The notes under the pieces are model-generated. The model made no database searches, was not told the origin of the DNA, and saw nothing but the letters and a program-made list of their open reading frames with translations. From positions 256,001-320,000 of the forward strand of contig CAWHEU010000022.1 in the NCBI GenBank assembly GCA_963828465.1: a stretch of 64,000 bases of DNA. Direction: 5' to 3'. Position numbers and translations under genes: made by a program. This DNA is from an uncultured Acidobacteriota bacterium. Its GTDB lineage: Bacteria; Actinomycetota; Acidimicrobiia; Spongiisociales; ZC4RG35. This document shows positions 1 to 11,014 of this stretch, in pieces. Position 1 is the stretch's first letter; every line of letters starts with the position of its first letter.

Positions 1-963
1 GGGTCTGAGACCTTCTTGCATGAGTGCGGAACCCACACTCATCAGACTGGCAGCCTCGATCTGGTTCAAGAACACTCCAGGTCGGTTGCTGCCTCCGCTG
101 CGGGCTCCCTGCGGGAGCACCTCGACGACATGCGGCTTCGGGTCGGTTGAAAAGTGCGCCATCCCCCAGAGTTGATTGCGTTGCTGGGCGAATCTGACAC
201 CTACGTGCGTTTCAAGTGGCCACTCCGGCTCGGAACTGAGATGCAGGGACTTCAAGCTCGTCGTGGGAACGGTTTCTGGATGACGGGCCCTCTTGAGGAG
301 CATGTCGTACGTTGGACTCGAATCGAGCAGCGGTGATCGATGACGCACCAGGTTCTCAGCGAAGAACTCCTGTGCTGCACCTTCGTCCCAGGAAAGCCCC
401 AGCGATTCCGCGAGGTCCCTGACTTGTCTGATCAGGCTGTCACCGTCCCCGGGGAATCGAATGATCGGCAGTGGTACCTGATCGGCTATTTCTAGTAGCC
501 GACGGAGATACGCTTCGACGATCGCCTCCGCCCGGTCGTGTCGAATCTGGTCCCGTGTCTCGATGGACCGCACCGTGTCGACCGGCGGTCGTACCACTGC
601 CACCAGGCGGACACGATCCATTCCAAGGTGGCTCCATGCCGGGAGCAGGAACATCGAGCGGGGGTCCTTCATTGCCCACACCCCGGGAAGCCGGTTGTGG
701 ACATCCACCTGCTCGGCAAGGGCGGAGAGATCCAGCAGGTCCGGGCGGAATGTCGTGGGTGGGCATGTCCAGTCCCGCTCCATTTGCGCAAGGAGGTTGC
801 GGTGGGCATCGACCACCCCAATTGCCTCGTAGTAACCCAGCGGATTGTCCCCGGTGGGCGGCATCAACTCGCCCATCGAAACTCCGCATGCGTGGTACAG
901 AAGGCCTGCCACGACTGAGGTGCCAGAACGATGGCATCCCAAGACGAAGATAGGTTCGGTCAT
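1..963 (-). CDS. Sulfotransferase family protein (3' end runs off the window; absent from the ORF track)
   Basis: Hand translation from ATG at 963: MTEPIFVLGCHRSGTSVVAGLL (5'-PSB loop GxxRSGTS), ...DNPLGYYE, WAMKDPRSMFLLPAW, VVRPPVDTVRSI (3'-PB-like). The frame is open to base 1. Confidence 0.85.
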   Translation of the reverse strand, partial: MTEPIFVLGCHRSGTSVVAGLLYHACGVSMGELMPPTGDNPLGYYEAIGVVDAHRNLLAQMERDWTCPPTTFRPDLLDLSALAEQVDVHNRLPGVWAMKDPRSMFLLPAWSHLGMDRVRLVAVVRPPVDTVRSIETRDQIRHDRAEAIVEAYLRRLLEIADQVPLPIIRFPGDGDSLIRQVRDLAESLGLSWDEGAAQEFFAENLVRHRSPLLDSSPTYDMLLKRARHPETVPTTSLKSLHLSSEPEWPLETHVGVRFAQQRNQLWGMAHFSTDPKPHVVEVLPQGARSGGSNRPGVFLNQIEAASLMSVGSALMQEGLRP

Positions 964-1036
964 TCTTGCTCGCGCTCTTCGGACTGGAACATTCTGACCG
1001 TTTCAAGGCGACATCCCGAGTCGATTGCCCGTCGTG

Positions 1037-2005
1037 TCATTGCGACAGTCCAGTCGCCTTCCATCGAGGGGTCAGCTGACGATCCTCAAATGAGACTGGC
1101 AGGCGTAACTGCAGATCGGCCGGGACGCGATTTCCTCCGGCCACTTTGAACCTCGATTCGAGGACCCGGGGTCTCGACGCTTTTCCCACCCAAGCATCAA
1201 ATACCGAGCCGACGTCGATGGCGACGCAGCCCGCTTCCTTGATCCACTGGCAATAGGCCTTGCCTGGGATGCCGGCCCCGACGAGAACCAATGTTCCCTT
1301 CGGAAAGATGAGTTCCGATCTGATCGTGTGATACCGGTCCGGAACGTGGCGGCCTGCCTCAGGTGCCTCGACGAACTTGTCGGGCACGATCACCGCCGTG
1401 GTGCGGACATCAAACCGGCGAGCCACCAGTTCCTGCAGTTCCGGTCTGGCCGTGACCAAGCCGATTTCTGTCTCCTCTTCGAGGATCCTGTGGAGCTCGC
1501 CCGACGCCAGTAGTTCCCAGTGGATCCAGGCACTGCAGAATCGCTGAGTCTCCGACCACTCCAAACGGCACAGAGCTCGGTGAAGGAGGGCCAGTCTTCG
1601 GGCGCCGAGCGCGCTCAGGTTGTCCCGTTCATCATCTCTGATCGAGAAAGCGGACATGACGAATTCTTTGACTTCGCTCCCGGGCCTGTCGAGCAGATCT
1701 GTTGGAAGCGCCACATTCAGGATGTCATCCCTGATTCCAACTATGTCGGCTCCTCGAACAGCCTCTTCCAGATCTCGCTTGACTTCGGCGAGGGCACCCA
1801 GTGTGACACCCTCCGTACCCCAGTGTCCATGCAGGTATGCGAGATCCTCGAGCCGCATTTCGTCGTCGAATGAGAGCACGATCCCTTCGCCATCACCCAG
1901 TCTTATGAGACTGAACGGTTGGCGAGCTGATACCGCTGAGCGAACTAGGTCGAGCGTGGCCGAGTCGCCGAGCAGCGGAAAGTCACAGGTTGGAAAGACA
2001 GGCAT
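1037..2005 (-). CDS. GT-D fold (DUF1792-like) glycosyltransferase
   Basis: SLIRLGDGE near the N-terminus and LVGAGIPGK..AIDVGSVFD near the C-terminus, typical of GT-D-like domains. Confidence 0.7.
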   Translation of the reverse strand: MPVFPTCDFPLLGDSATLDLVRSAVSARQPFSLIRLGDGEGIVLSFDDEMRLEDLAYLHGHWGTEGVTLGALAEVKRDLEEAVRGADIVGIRDDILNVALPTDLLDRPGSEVKEFVMSAFSIRDDERDNLSALGARRLALLHRALCRLEWSETQRFCSAWIHWELLASGELHRILEEETEIGLVTARPELQELVARRFDVRTTAVIVPDKFVEAPEAGRHVPDRYHTIRSELIFPKGTLVLVGAGIPGKAYCQWIKEAGCVAIDVGSVFDAWVGKASRPRVLESRFKVAGGNRVPADLQLRLPVSFEDRQLTPRWKATGLSQ

Positions 2006-2371
2006 GGGCTGATTGCTATTCCTGACGGAGGTGCCATGTCAACGACATCGCCAGATGCCATGGACACTAGCCGCAGGCGTCGCGGTGGCGGCAATTTCGC
2101 AAAGGAAGGGCCGCCACCCACGACGACAGGACTCCAACAAGCATGCGAAACAGCCGACATATCTGCGAGGACCGATAGCATGTCTCGAATCACCATGTCG
2201 CAGAATGAATCGAAACGCGCCCAGGAACCGGCGGCGAAGCCATGTCTCTGTCACCGAAGAGATCGGGGCCATGAATGCCGGCGAAATCGTCACACGGGTC
2301 GACGACGAGCTCGGACATGGACTCAGCTCAACGCCATGCCTGACCGCTGGCTTCCGACGCACTGATCGGGC

Positions 2372-4097
2372 ATGATCGCAGGCGGTACGAAACCCGACAC
2401 CGCAGCCGAGGTCCCAGGATGGGAATCGGCGACCGAACCTTCTCGCCTAGGCGCGTTCAGCTTTCGAGTCTGGGGATGGGTGCGTTCGGAATCGCTGTTG
2501 TTGACAGTGCTCATTGGCTCGTTCCTGACCCGCCTCTTCATCGCGGACCGCCAGTCTTACTGGCTCGACGAGTTGTACTCAGTGACGATCCACGGAGGGT
2601 GGAACGAGAGCGTTCAAGAGCTGGTGCGAGTTCTTGCAAATATCACCGTCTACCCACCTTTGTACTTCGTGATCCTCTTCGAATGGATGAACTGGTTCGG
2701 TGATTCGGAGCTTGCGACGCGTCTCTTGTCGATTATCTACATAACACTCGCAGGACTCTTCCTCTACTTGCTGCTGCGAATCGGCTTCTCCAAAAGGATT
2801 GCTCTCGCTTCGGTTATCACGTTCAACTTGATGTACACACCATTGTATTACAGCCTCGAAACACGGCCGTATGCGCAGACGATGTTTCTAGTGACCGTAT
2901 CCTCGTACCTGCTGCTGCGCATTCTGCGAAGAGGGATGCACGAAGGTTGGAGACGCGCCCTGGTTTCACCGACCGGGTCGATCTTCGTTGTCGCGAACTC
3001 GGCACTTCTCTTGACTCATTATTACAACGCATTCTTCTGGGTCGCCCAAGGTTTGGTCGCTTGCATCTTTGTGCTGTGCGAGATGCGCCCGCGCACATGG
3101 CTGAAAGGAATCGGCTCCGTCGCGGTCTTGTACGGGATGCAGGCCGCCATCTTCGTAGGCGTGTGGGGCCGGAATCTGCTCAGGGAATTCGGCGAGCGCT
3201 CGGGACCCTTTACGATCACAGGTGCGGGCGAGTTGCCGAACCCCTTTTCCACGGTGTTGGACAGAGTTGTATCACCCAATATCAGAATGCCAGGGATTGT
3301 CGGGTGGGTCGCCCTGGTGCTGGTCGTCGTGGTCGGAGTGGGTGCATTTTCCGCTATAGCAAGACGGACCACATCGAGTCCGGAACGTATCGAAGCCTGG
3401 ACGACAATCTACGTTCTGGGTTGGATGGTGCTCCCTGTGGTGGTCCTGTACCTTGGGTTCCTTGTTACAGGAGTTGCGCTCTATTCTGACAGATATTTCG
3501 TTGCCAGCGTGGTTCCTCTCGCCCCACTCCTCGTGTTGGGTGTGGAAAAGGCTGCCCGTTCAATCGCAAATCTCACTGGGCGCATACGCGGCGCTGCATC
3601 AGATCGGCACTTCTCGCAGAAGGCATGGGCGGTCCCTGCTTGTCATAGCGGCTATTGGGTTATTGGTCCTTCCGCAAGGATATGCCGCAGCTACCGAGCC
3701 AAAGGCCGATTGGCGGGGGGCCGCACGTGATATAGTCGATATTGTCGAGTCCAACCCGGACTCCAGTTACGTGATTTACGAGCCGTCCTTTCGCCCTACC
3801 CCGCTGTTGGACTTCTACCTAGCTCGGTACAGCGATGATGTCCGTGTAACGGGCACCATCCAGCGGTTACAAGAGCGGAGAGCGCAGGAGGACCCGAGCT
3901 ACAAGTTTGGCTTCGAGCGAGATGCGGAAATCATCGGTCAGTTCGACTACCTCATCGTTCCGTTTATGCACCACACCACCGAGCATTTCCCCATTGCATT
4001 GGAAAGGCTAATGGAGGCGTACGACCTTCAACATTGGGGCATAGGCGCCGACGGAACGGGGTTGGCGATCTTTTCGATCCCAAAGGGAGTGAGCTAG
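2372..4097 (+). CDS. GT-C / GT39 (PMT/ArnT-like) integral membrane glycosyltransferase, frameshifted near 3635
   Basis: QSYWLDELYS, YPPLYF, ETRPYA, THYY motifs and many TM helices; ORFs 2372-3730 and 3453-4097 join. Confidence 0.8.
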
Positions 4098-5474
4098 GCC
4101 GGAACCGCGGGGAGCCATTTGAGCTGCTCGTAGATGGGAAACACCTCTACGTGGTCGCCGACTCGCCTTTTACCACATTGCTCGGCGACTCCTCGGGCCT
4201 GGCCGTACGCACCAGTCCAACTGACGATGAGATGCATCAGAACAAATGCCACGACCTCAGCTACGAGGAATGCCCAGGTCACACGATCGAGTGGCGGTCC
4301 CGGACCCAGAACGGCCCAAGCGAAGCCGACAACCAGAGCGCCCACCCAGGGAAATATGACCGCTCCGCCACGGCCGACGGCTATCAACAGCAAGGTAGAG
4401 AACAGCCCGCCCAAGGCCACCGTGCTCCCTGCGGCCACGACACCGACCAAGTCGGATGGGAGCGAGACGTCTGATCCGAACACGAGACCAACGAGGTCAG
4501 GCCCAAGGGTCGCCCCAAATACCGCCGCTAATGGTGTCAGGCTGACGACGCCGGCCACGGTCAGCCACGCCAAGCGTCGGACTATCAACTGAGGACCTTC
4601 GACAGCTACACGGGTTAGCCATCCGGTCAGGCGCGTGGCCAGGCCGGTCGCAAGGATGTATGGGGCGCGAAACAGCGCGAGTGCGCTGAACAGTCCGGTG
4701 ACGGACGCAGGGACTCCACCAAGCCAGGCGAGGATTAGAGGACCGCCGGTCAGAACGACCTGAGATATCAGTGTTCCTCCCGCCACTCCGCTGAGGAAAC
4801 TCAGCGTACGTCCTCTGGCGGCTGCGGATGCCTGCCCTGTCAGGCGTAGGGCCGACGGCCAGATGACGACGACAAGAAACCCGAGGGTCAAGGCGATCGC
4901 GGTACGCGCTGCTTCCCCATCCAGCCAGGACGACGATCACTGCAGCGACAGCACGAATCAGGTTTTCGGTTGCGAACGCAGCGGCTGCCGCCGTAAACCT
5001 ACGACGGGCAGCCAGCGTGCCTCGTGTCAGTCCGACCATCACCGAACCGAGCGGGATCGTTGCGGCCAGGACTGGGTAGAGCGCCCCACTGTCTGAGAAG
5101 AGGGTCGACCGCGCCAGCCATGCGAGTACGCCAATCGTGGTTGAGAGAAGCACAGCCGCAGCGAGGATCAGAGGCCGGACGGCTCGAACCGTGCCGTCTG
5201 TCCCATCTGCCTCGATCGTGCGGATGACCCAGTGCTGAACGGGAAAAGTAATTACCGCTGCACTCATCGCCCAGATGGTCCAGAGCACAGAAATGGGAGC
5301 GAACTCAACCGCCCCATAGGTTCGGGTACCGAGAACGACATATGCGTAAGCGAGGAGCCCTGATACCGCGGTGCCTGTCAACAAAGCAGTGCTATCGTGG
5401 AGCCAGCCCTGGCGAGATTCAGACAAGGCATCGGCAGAGTACAGCCGACCAGACGCGTCCAATAGCGCCCTCAT
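4094..5474 (-). CDS. Polysaccharide flippase-like (Wzx/MOP) membrane protein, frameshifted near 4900
   Basis: About 12 TM segments over ORFs 4497-5474 and 4094-4891; shares motifs (ENLIR, LFRAP) with 49166-50401. Confidence 0.7.
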
Positions 5475-5711
5475 CGACCATTCCGAGCATGCCTACGACT
5501 GCAAACAAGCGATCGTGGCGGCTGGACTTGCTGCTTGAGGAGATCTCCAAGAAAATGGACCGTGACCCAAGGCCAACTCAACAATCCTTCTAGGCGGTCA
5601 CCAACCGATATTGTGCCTTCATGATCGGTCGTGATCGAACTCATCCGCGAGTGAACACTCAGCACCAGCTTCGGCAAGCGGCTGTGCAGCGCTGGCCCCC
5701 GCTGTGCGCTC

Positions 5712-6345
5712 ATGGAGGAGTCCATGGAGGATGAGCGGCGGACCGGCCCTTGGGCGGTATTAGGGCTCCCGTTCGTCTACGAGTCCGTCCAACGGGCCAT
5801 TGGCTCTCCCCGCCTGCGCACTGAGCTTGGCGATCGCTACCTCCAGATCCGACCTGGCCATCGGGTGCTGGACATCGGTTGCGGACCGGGCGCCATGCTG
5901 GAGGAGCTCGGGCCAGTGTCGTATACCGGATTTCGACCCAAGCCCGTCCTACATATCTGCGGCGCACGACAAGTATGGCGATGCGGGAACATTCTTCGTG
6001 GGCCAGGTGGGGGAGGTGTCGGAGGCCGACCTCGGCGAATACGATCGGGTATTGGCGAAGAGTGTGCTGCACCATGTTGACGACGAGGTAGCCACGGAGT
6101 TGTTCCGCCTGAGCAGGCGCGTCCTAGATGCCGGCGGAAGGCTGGTCACGAGCGACGCCTGCTTCCAGCCGAAGCAATCACCGATAGCTCGTCTCATCAT
6201 CTCCCGTGATCGTGGGCGCCACGTTCGAACCCCGGAATCGTATGAGGCCATTGCACGGACCGTCTTCGATGACGTGACTGTGCATGTGCGACATGACATG
6301 CTGCGCGTGCCATACACGCACGTGATCCTGGTGTGCCAGGTGTGA
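5712..6345 (+). CDS. Class I SAM-dependent methyltransferase, frameshifted near 5933
   Basis: VLDIGCGPG motif I, then FDPSPSYI, SVLHHVDD, LDAGGRLV in the next frame. Confidence 0.8.
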
Positions 6346-6364
6346 TTAGGGCACCGAGGCGCGG

Positions 6365-7192
6365 ATGATCGACCTTTCAAAGGTGGCCACGGCGCTCACT
6401 GAGGTAGAACCGGGGCTCTGGACATCTAATGGGAATGCGAACGTGTCATATCCGGTGGACGCTCACAAGGCCCTGGCCGAGATAGAAGACACCTCCTTCT
6501 GGTTTACGCATCGAGCCGCCGTGATCGGGACGGTCTTGTCTCGATATCCACCTAACGGCCATATCTTCGACGTTGGCGGGGGCAATGGCTACATGGTGCG
6601 CGAGTTGAGGGCCCGCGGCATTGAGGCGATTCTCGTGGAGCCCGGAGAGGATGGCGCCAGGGCCGCGCTGGCACGTGGCCTCGGCCCAGTCGTGAACGCC
6701 ACATTGACGACGGCTGGATTCCGGAGTGAAACGCTGGAAGCTGTTGCCCTATTTGACGTGCTCGAGCACGTCGAAGACGACGTCCGCTTCCTGGAGCACA
6801 TCGCTGAGCTCCTTGAACCGCACGGTCGCATCTACATCACGGTCCCTGCCCATATGTGGCTTTGGTCGGGGGAGGACGTTCGCTCCGGACACTTCAGGCG
6901 TTATACGGCTTCATCTCTGCGGAAGGTCTGTGAAATGGCTCAGTTCGATGTCGAGTTCGATTCGTACTTCTTCTCGATGCTGCCGCTCCCGATTTTCACC
7001 ATTCGTACCATCCCAAGCATGCTCCGCCTGAGAACGGCGGGGGGTGTTCGAGCGGATGAGCATCAGAGACCATCCGGGCAGACGGGTGTGTTCTTTGATC
7101 GGACCCTCGCTAGAGAACTGAATACGTTGGATCGGCGAAGGGTCAGGGTCGGAAGCAGTCTGATCGTTGTTGCTCGACGCACAGGCCGATAA
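6365..7192 (+). CDS. Class I SAM-dependent methyltransferase
   Basis: EDTSFWFTHR, FDVGGGNG, LFDVLEHVEDD, ITVPAHMWLWS..D...GHFRRY; a type commonly found next to rffA/wecE. Confidence 0.85.
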   Translation: MIDLSKVATALTEVEPGLWTSNGNANVSYPVDAHKALAEIEDTSFWFTHRAAVIGTVLSRYPPNGHIFDVGGGNGYMVRELRARGIEAILVEPGEDGARAALARGLGPVVNATLTTAGFRSETLEAVALFDVLEHVEDDVRFLEHIAELLEPHGRIYITVPAHMWLWSGEDVRSGHFRRYTASSLRKVCEMAQFDVEFDSYFFSMLPLPIFTIRTIPSMLRLRTAGGVRADEHQRPSGQTGVFFDRTLARELNTLDRRRVRVGSSLIVVARRTGR

Positions 7193-7209
7193 ATAACAGT
7201 TGCCCGTGC

Positions 7210-7941
7210 CTAGGCCAGGGTCGGCCAGAGAAGCGCGACCTCCGGGATGAAGCCGGCAATCGCCTCGGCTTCGGGGCGGAGCATGCTCCGAAGGTGGGCG
7301 ACGATGTCTGGGCCGATGGTCTCCGTTGGGGCTGAAGCATTGACTCGACCAATGCTCGCCGGCTTGTGAACGATTAACCCGAGTTCCACTTGCAGGGCCA
7401 TCAACACCTTCGCGGGGTCGGCGATGAGTGACTCGAACAGAAGGAAAGTCATCCCTTCTTTGCCCATTGCTTCGATCCAGGGTCGTAGGAGCGTCCAGTA
7501 CCTGCTACGACGTAGGTAGTGGAAGGGTGAAGTGGATACTGTGTCCGGATACGGACGCATCTCGCTCTTCTTGGACAAGGCCATCCGGGCCGGCAGATCT
7601 TCAAGACCGTTCTGCCTCGAGAACTTCCAGTTGGAGATGGCCCGATCGATCGGGTCCCGCAATATCACGATCGGTCGGACTCCTCCGGGGATATCTCTCA
7701 TTCGTAGAGCGCTATCCGGTCGCTCCAGATAAGTGGTCGACTTCTCCAGGAGTAAAGGAGCCTCGATAGGAAAGTGGAGCCGGTGGTACTCGCCATGGTC
7801 GCCCGAACAGAGAAAGAACTTGGGCTCTGGTCGTTCGGGTTGGGCCAATTGAATGTCGGGGTGATCGGCAAGCAGGCGCGCCAGAAGTGTCGAACCGCAA
7901 CGTTGTCCTCCGATGACTACTGCGTGGCGGTGATCATCCAT
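7210..7941 (-). CDS. Sulfotransferase (Sulfotransfer_1/3 type)
   Basis: IGGQRCGSTLL (5'-PSB), EPKFF, EKSTTY, ILRDPIDRAISNW (3'-PB); start could be GTG 7953. Confidence 0.85.
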   Translation of the reverse strand: MDDHRHAVVIGGQRCGSTLLARLLADHPDIQLAQPERPEPKFFLCSGDHGEYHRLHFPIEAPLLLEKSTTYLERPDSALRMRDIPGGVRPIVILRDPIDRAISNWKFSRQNGLEDLPARMALSKKSEMRPYPDTVSTSPFHYLRRSRYWTLLRPWIEAMGKEGMTFLLFESLIADPAKVLMALQVELGLIVHKPASIGRVNASAPTETIGPDIVAHLRSMLRPEAEAIAGFIPEVALLWPTLA

Positions 7942-8869
7942 CGAAGCCGGCACGCTCGCTGATCGTGAACGGCGCCACGCCCCGAGACTGGGTCAGGATG
8001 CGGATGACGTACTCGCCCAACATCGCAAGCATCCCAATGGTCACTCCACCGAGTGTGGCGATCAGAACCACAACAGTCGCCCATCCTTCGACCTGAAACC
8101 TGCCCGCCAGTGCCAATACCAGATAAGTGAGTCCTGCCAGCAGGCTGAGCACGGAGACAGCGAACCCCAGTGCTGCCATCGCCCGTAGAGGCCAGACCGA
8201 ATATGCGAACAGGATGTTGAGGAGAAGCGTGGCGATTCGTGCCGATGTGTAGTTGGATTTGCCATCCGATCGGGGTCGATGGTCCACGTAGACCCAGGCT
8301 GGGCTTGCAGAGTGAAGCAAGGCCTGGCCCGTGACATACGGGAAGGCAGTCCGATCGGAAAGGATCCGGTCGACTACGTCCCTTCGTATGAGCCTGACAT
8401 TGGAGACATGAAAGTCCTGGGGCATCCCGAATACTTTTATGTTGAGCCACCGCACCGCCCTGGTCCCGAAGCGCCGCATCCCGTGTGCCTGCTTTTCCCG
8501 AAAGCGCCCGAAGACAACGTCGTGACCCTCGGCTTCGTCCATCAGTACCTTGATCTCGGAGGGCGGATTCTGTCCGTCGTCGTCGATCGTGACCACCCAA
8601 TCTCCACGTGCCACCGACATTCCGGCTAGGACGGCGTGATGCTGTCCGTGGTTTTTGTACAGACGTAGTCCGCGCACCCGAGAATCGCGCTCGGCGAGGA
8701 ACTTGACGACCTGCCACGATCCGTCGTCGGGGCTTCCGTCGTCTACGAGCACAATCTCGAATGACTCTCCTTGCAGTGTCTCGACCAACTCGTTCACCGT
8801 GCCAGCGAGCAGTTTCTCGCTCCGGTATACGGGTATCACTACCGACATCTGGGGTCGATTGGCTCTCAT
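7934..8869 (-). CDS. GT2 polyprenyl-phosphate glycosyltransferase (ArnC/GtrB-like)
   Basis: SVVIPVYRS, VDDGSPD, KNHGQHHA, TIDDDGQNPP, two C-terminal TM helices, LGEYVIRI; start set at ATG 8869 after GAGG. Confidence 0.85.
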   Translation of the reverse strand: MRANRPQMSVVIPVYRSEKLLAGTVNELVETLQGESFEIVLVDDGSPDDGSWQVVKFLAERDSRVRGLRLYKNHGQHHAVLAGMSVARGDWVVTIDDDGQNPPSEIKVLMDEAEGHDVVFGRFREKQAHGMRRFGTRAVRWLNIKVFGMPQDFHVSNVRLIRRDVVDRILSDRTAFPYVTGQALLHSASPAWVYVDHRPRSDGKSNYTSARIATLLLNILFAYSVWPLRAMAALGFAVSVLSLLAGLTYLVLALAGRFQVEGWATVVVLIATLGGVTIGMLAMLGEYVIRILTQSRGVAPFTISERAGFDG

Positions 8870-9048
8870 CTCATCGCAACCTCGCCGAATCAAGTGTCCT
8901 GCGAGTCGGCCGCCGATAAGAGACAGGTTCGGTGCCGATGGCGATCCATTCGCCAGGCCCGACGAGTGAGGTTGCAATGATCGCCGGGTAGGTCACGTGG
9001 ACGAGGGTAACGCTCGGTTCTCACCTGCTCCAGGTACCTTCTGCGGTC

Positions 9049-9603
9049 ATGAAGGTTGTCGACGCTGTCTTCCAGACGGTCCTGGTCATCGAGCCCGACA
9101 TTTTTTCTGACGACCGGGGCATGTTCTATGAGACATACAACAAGCATGAATTTCGCGCGCTCACCGGATATGACGGAGCCTTCGACCAAGACAATCACTC
9201 GACGTCGCGGTACGGCGTGATCCGTGGCATCCACTATCAGCTTCCGAAGCCCCAGGGCAAGCTCGTGAGGTGCATAGAGGGAAAGGTTTGGGATGTAGTT
9301 GTGGATCTCCGGGAGTCCTCACCAACTCTCGGACAATGGTCGGCCTTTGAGTTGAGCGAGGAGAACCTGAGACTATTGTGGATTCCTGAGGGCTTCGGCC
9401 ATGGATTCGCAGTCATGTCTGGGCGCGCCCAGCTCGTCTACAAAGCCACTGAGATGTGGCTGGCGGACTGCGATCGTGCTGTTCGCTGGAACGACGCGGA
9501 GCTCGCAATCGACTGGCCGTTTGGTGAAGAGGCGATCGTCTCGGACAAGGATCGTGCTGCCCCTCTCTTCCAAGAGGCTCTCCTCTTCCCGGGAGTAAGT
9601 TGA
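9049..9603 (+). CDS. rfbC: dTDP-4-dehydrorhamnose 3,5-epimerase
   Basis: DDRGMFYE, QDNHSTS..GVIRGIHYQ, QGKLVRC, WIPEGFGHGF, SDKDR. Confidence 0.95.
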   Translation: MKVVDAVFQTVLVIEPDIFSDDRGMFYETYNKHEFRALTGYDGAFDQDNHSTSRYGVIRGIHYQLPKPQGKLVRCIEGKVWDVVVDLRESSPTLGQWSAFELSEENLRLLWIPEGFGHGFAVMSGRAQLVYKATEMWLADCDRAVRWNDAELAIDWPFGEEAIVSDKDRAAPLFQEALLFPGVS

Positions 9604-9631
9604 TGGCGGCTACTCAGGAGAGGTCGGCACG

Positions 9632-10775
9632 GTGAACGACAAACCGATCCGCTTCAACCAGACAACTATCGAGGGCAACGAACTCGACTACATCCGTGAC
9701 GCTGTCACGCGCGGCCACACGTCATCTGGTGGGCCGTTCACCCAGCGTGTGGCAAGTCTTCTCAATGAGTGGTTCGAAGCCCGAGGTATCATTCTCACCA
9801 CGTCCTGCACGGACGCGCTCGAGATGACGGCGCTGCTCACCGAGGTCGAGCCTGGCGACGAGGTGATCGTTCCAAGCTTCACCTTTGTTTCAACGGCTCT
9901 GGCATTTGCCCGCGTCGGCGCTGATCTGGTGTTCGCGGACATCGAAGATCAGTTCCTCTCGCTCGATCCCGAAGACGGGCTCGCTCATCACGGACCGAAC
10001 GCGCGCCATCGTCACGGTCCATTATGCAGGCATCGCCGGCCCGACTCCTCGCTTGGTGGATTTGGCTTCGGAGCGGATCAGCCTCATCGAGGACAACGCG
10101 CATGGTCTATTCGGACAGACGTCAGAAAAGAAGCTCGGCACTTTCGGGCGGTTCTCGACTCTCTCATTCCACGAGACCAAGAACTTCACATGTGGTGAAG
10201 GTGGCGCATTAATCATCAACGACGAGGTGGACGTGTCACGCGCACACGTCCTCAATGACAAGGGCACAAATCGTAAGGCCTTCTTCGAGGGCCAGGTTGA
10301 CAAATACTCCTGGCAGGACATGGGATCGTCGTTCGGCCTGTCCGACCTTCTCGCCGGTTATCTGTTGGGCCAACTGGAACAGAAAGACAGGGTTCTACAG
10401 CGCCGCAAGGATGTGTTTGACACATATATGGCGGGGTTCGCTCCGCTCCAGAATGAGCTCGGGATCCGGGTGCCAGTCGTGCCGGAAGGCACAGTGCCCG
10501 GTTATCACATGTTCTTCCTCCTGATGCCGACCGCACACTCTCGTCCAACCATCCTCGACGGCTTGCGTGAGCGCGGCGTCCACGCCACCTTCCACTACGT
10601 ACCCTTGCATTCGTCAGTCGGAGGACAGAAGTTCGGGGCACGATCGCGAGACCTGCCGGTGACTGATTCCGTGTCGCAACGCTTGATCAGACTGCCGTTC
10701 CACAACCAGCTGACCGCCGAGGATCTCGACAGGGTGATCACGCTGACGACCGAGGTCATCAGGGAAACGGTGTGA
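9632..10775 (+). CDS. rffA: dTDP-4-amino-4,6-dideoxygalactose transaminase (DegT family), frameshifted near 9975
   Basis: TTSCTDALEM, PSFTFVST, VHYAG, EDNAH, SFHETKNFTCGEGG, KGTNR, VDKYSW, FHYVPLH. Confidence 0.85.
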
Positions 10776-11014
10776 GCCGATACATCCTCGGTCTTGCTTA
10801 TCGCCATCAGCGCGACTCGAGTCGTCTTCGCGATGCGCTGAGGTTTGTCAACCGGAGCCCGGCGGGCTCTCAAAACGTACATGGCTGAGAAGGGTCGGGG
10901 CAGCCACGCTGTTGCACGTGTGCGAAATATCCTCTTCGCTCTCCCCGAGCTGCAAGGGAAACGGCCGATCTGCATCGTCATCGTCCGTGCACCTGAGCCG
11001 GGGCAGGATCCATC

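Noticed and set aside
154-1006. Several overlapping track ORFs at the window start
   Set aside because: Shadow frames of the minus-strand sulfotransferase at 1-963
5475-5711. Intergenic region with short ORFs (5342-5593, 5471-5725)
   Set aside because: No recognisable motif, RBS or RNA structure; probably a divergent promoter region or remnant
10776-11014. 240-bp gap with a GAGCCC-GGC-GGGCTC hairpin and antisense ORF 10595-11107
   Set aside because: Short stem expected by chance in GC-rich DNA; the ORF overlaps real genes and lacks protein-like features
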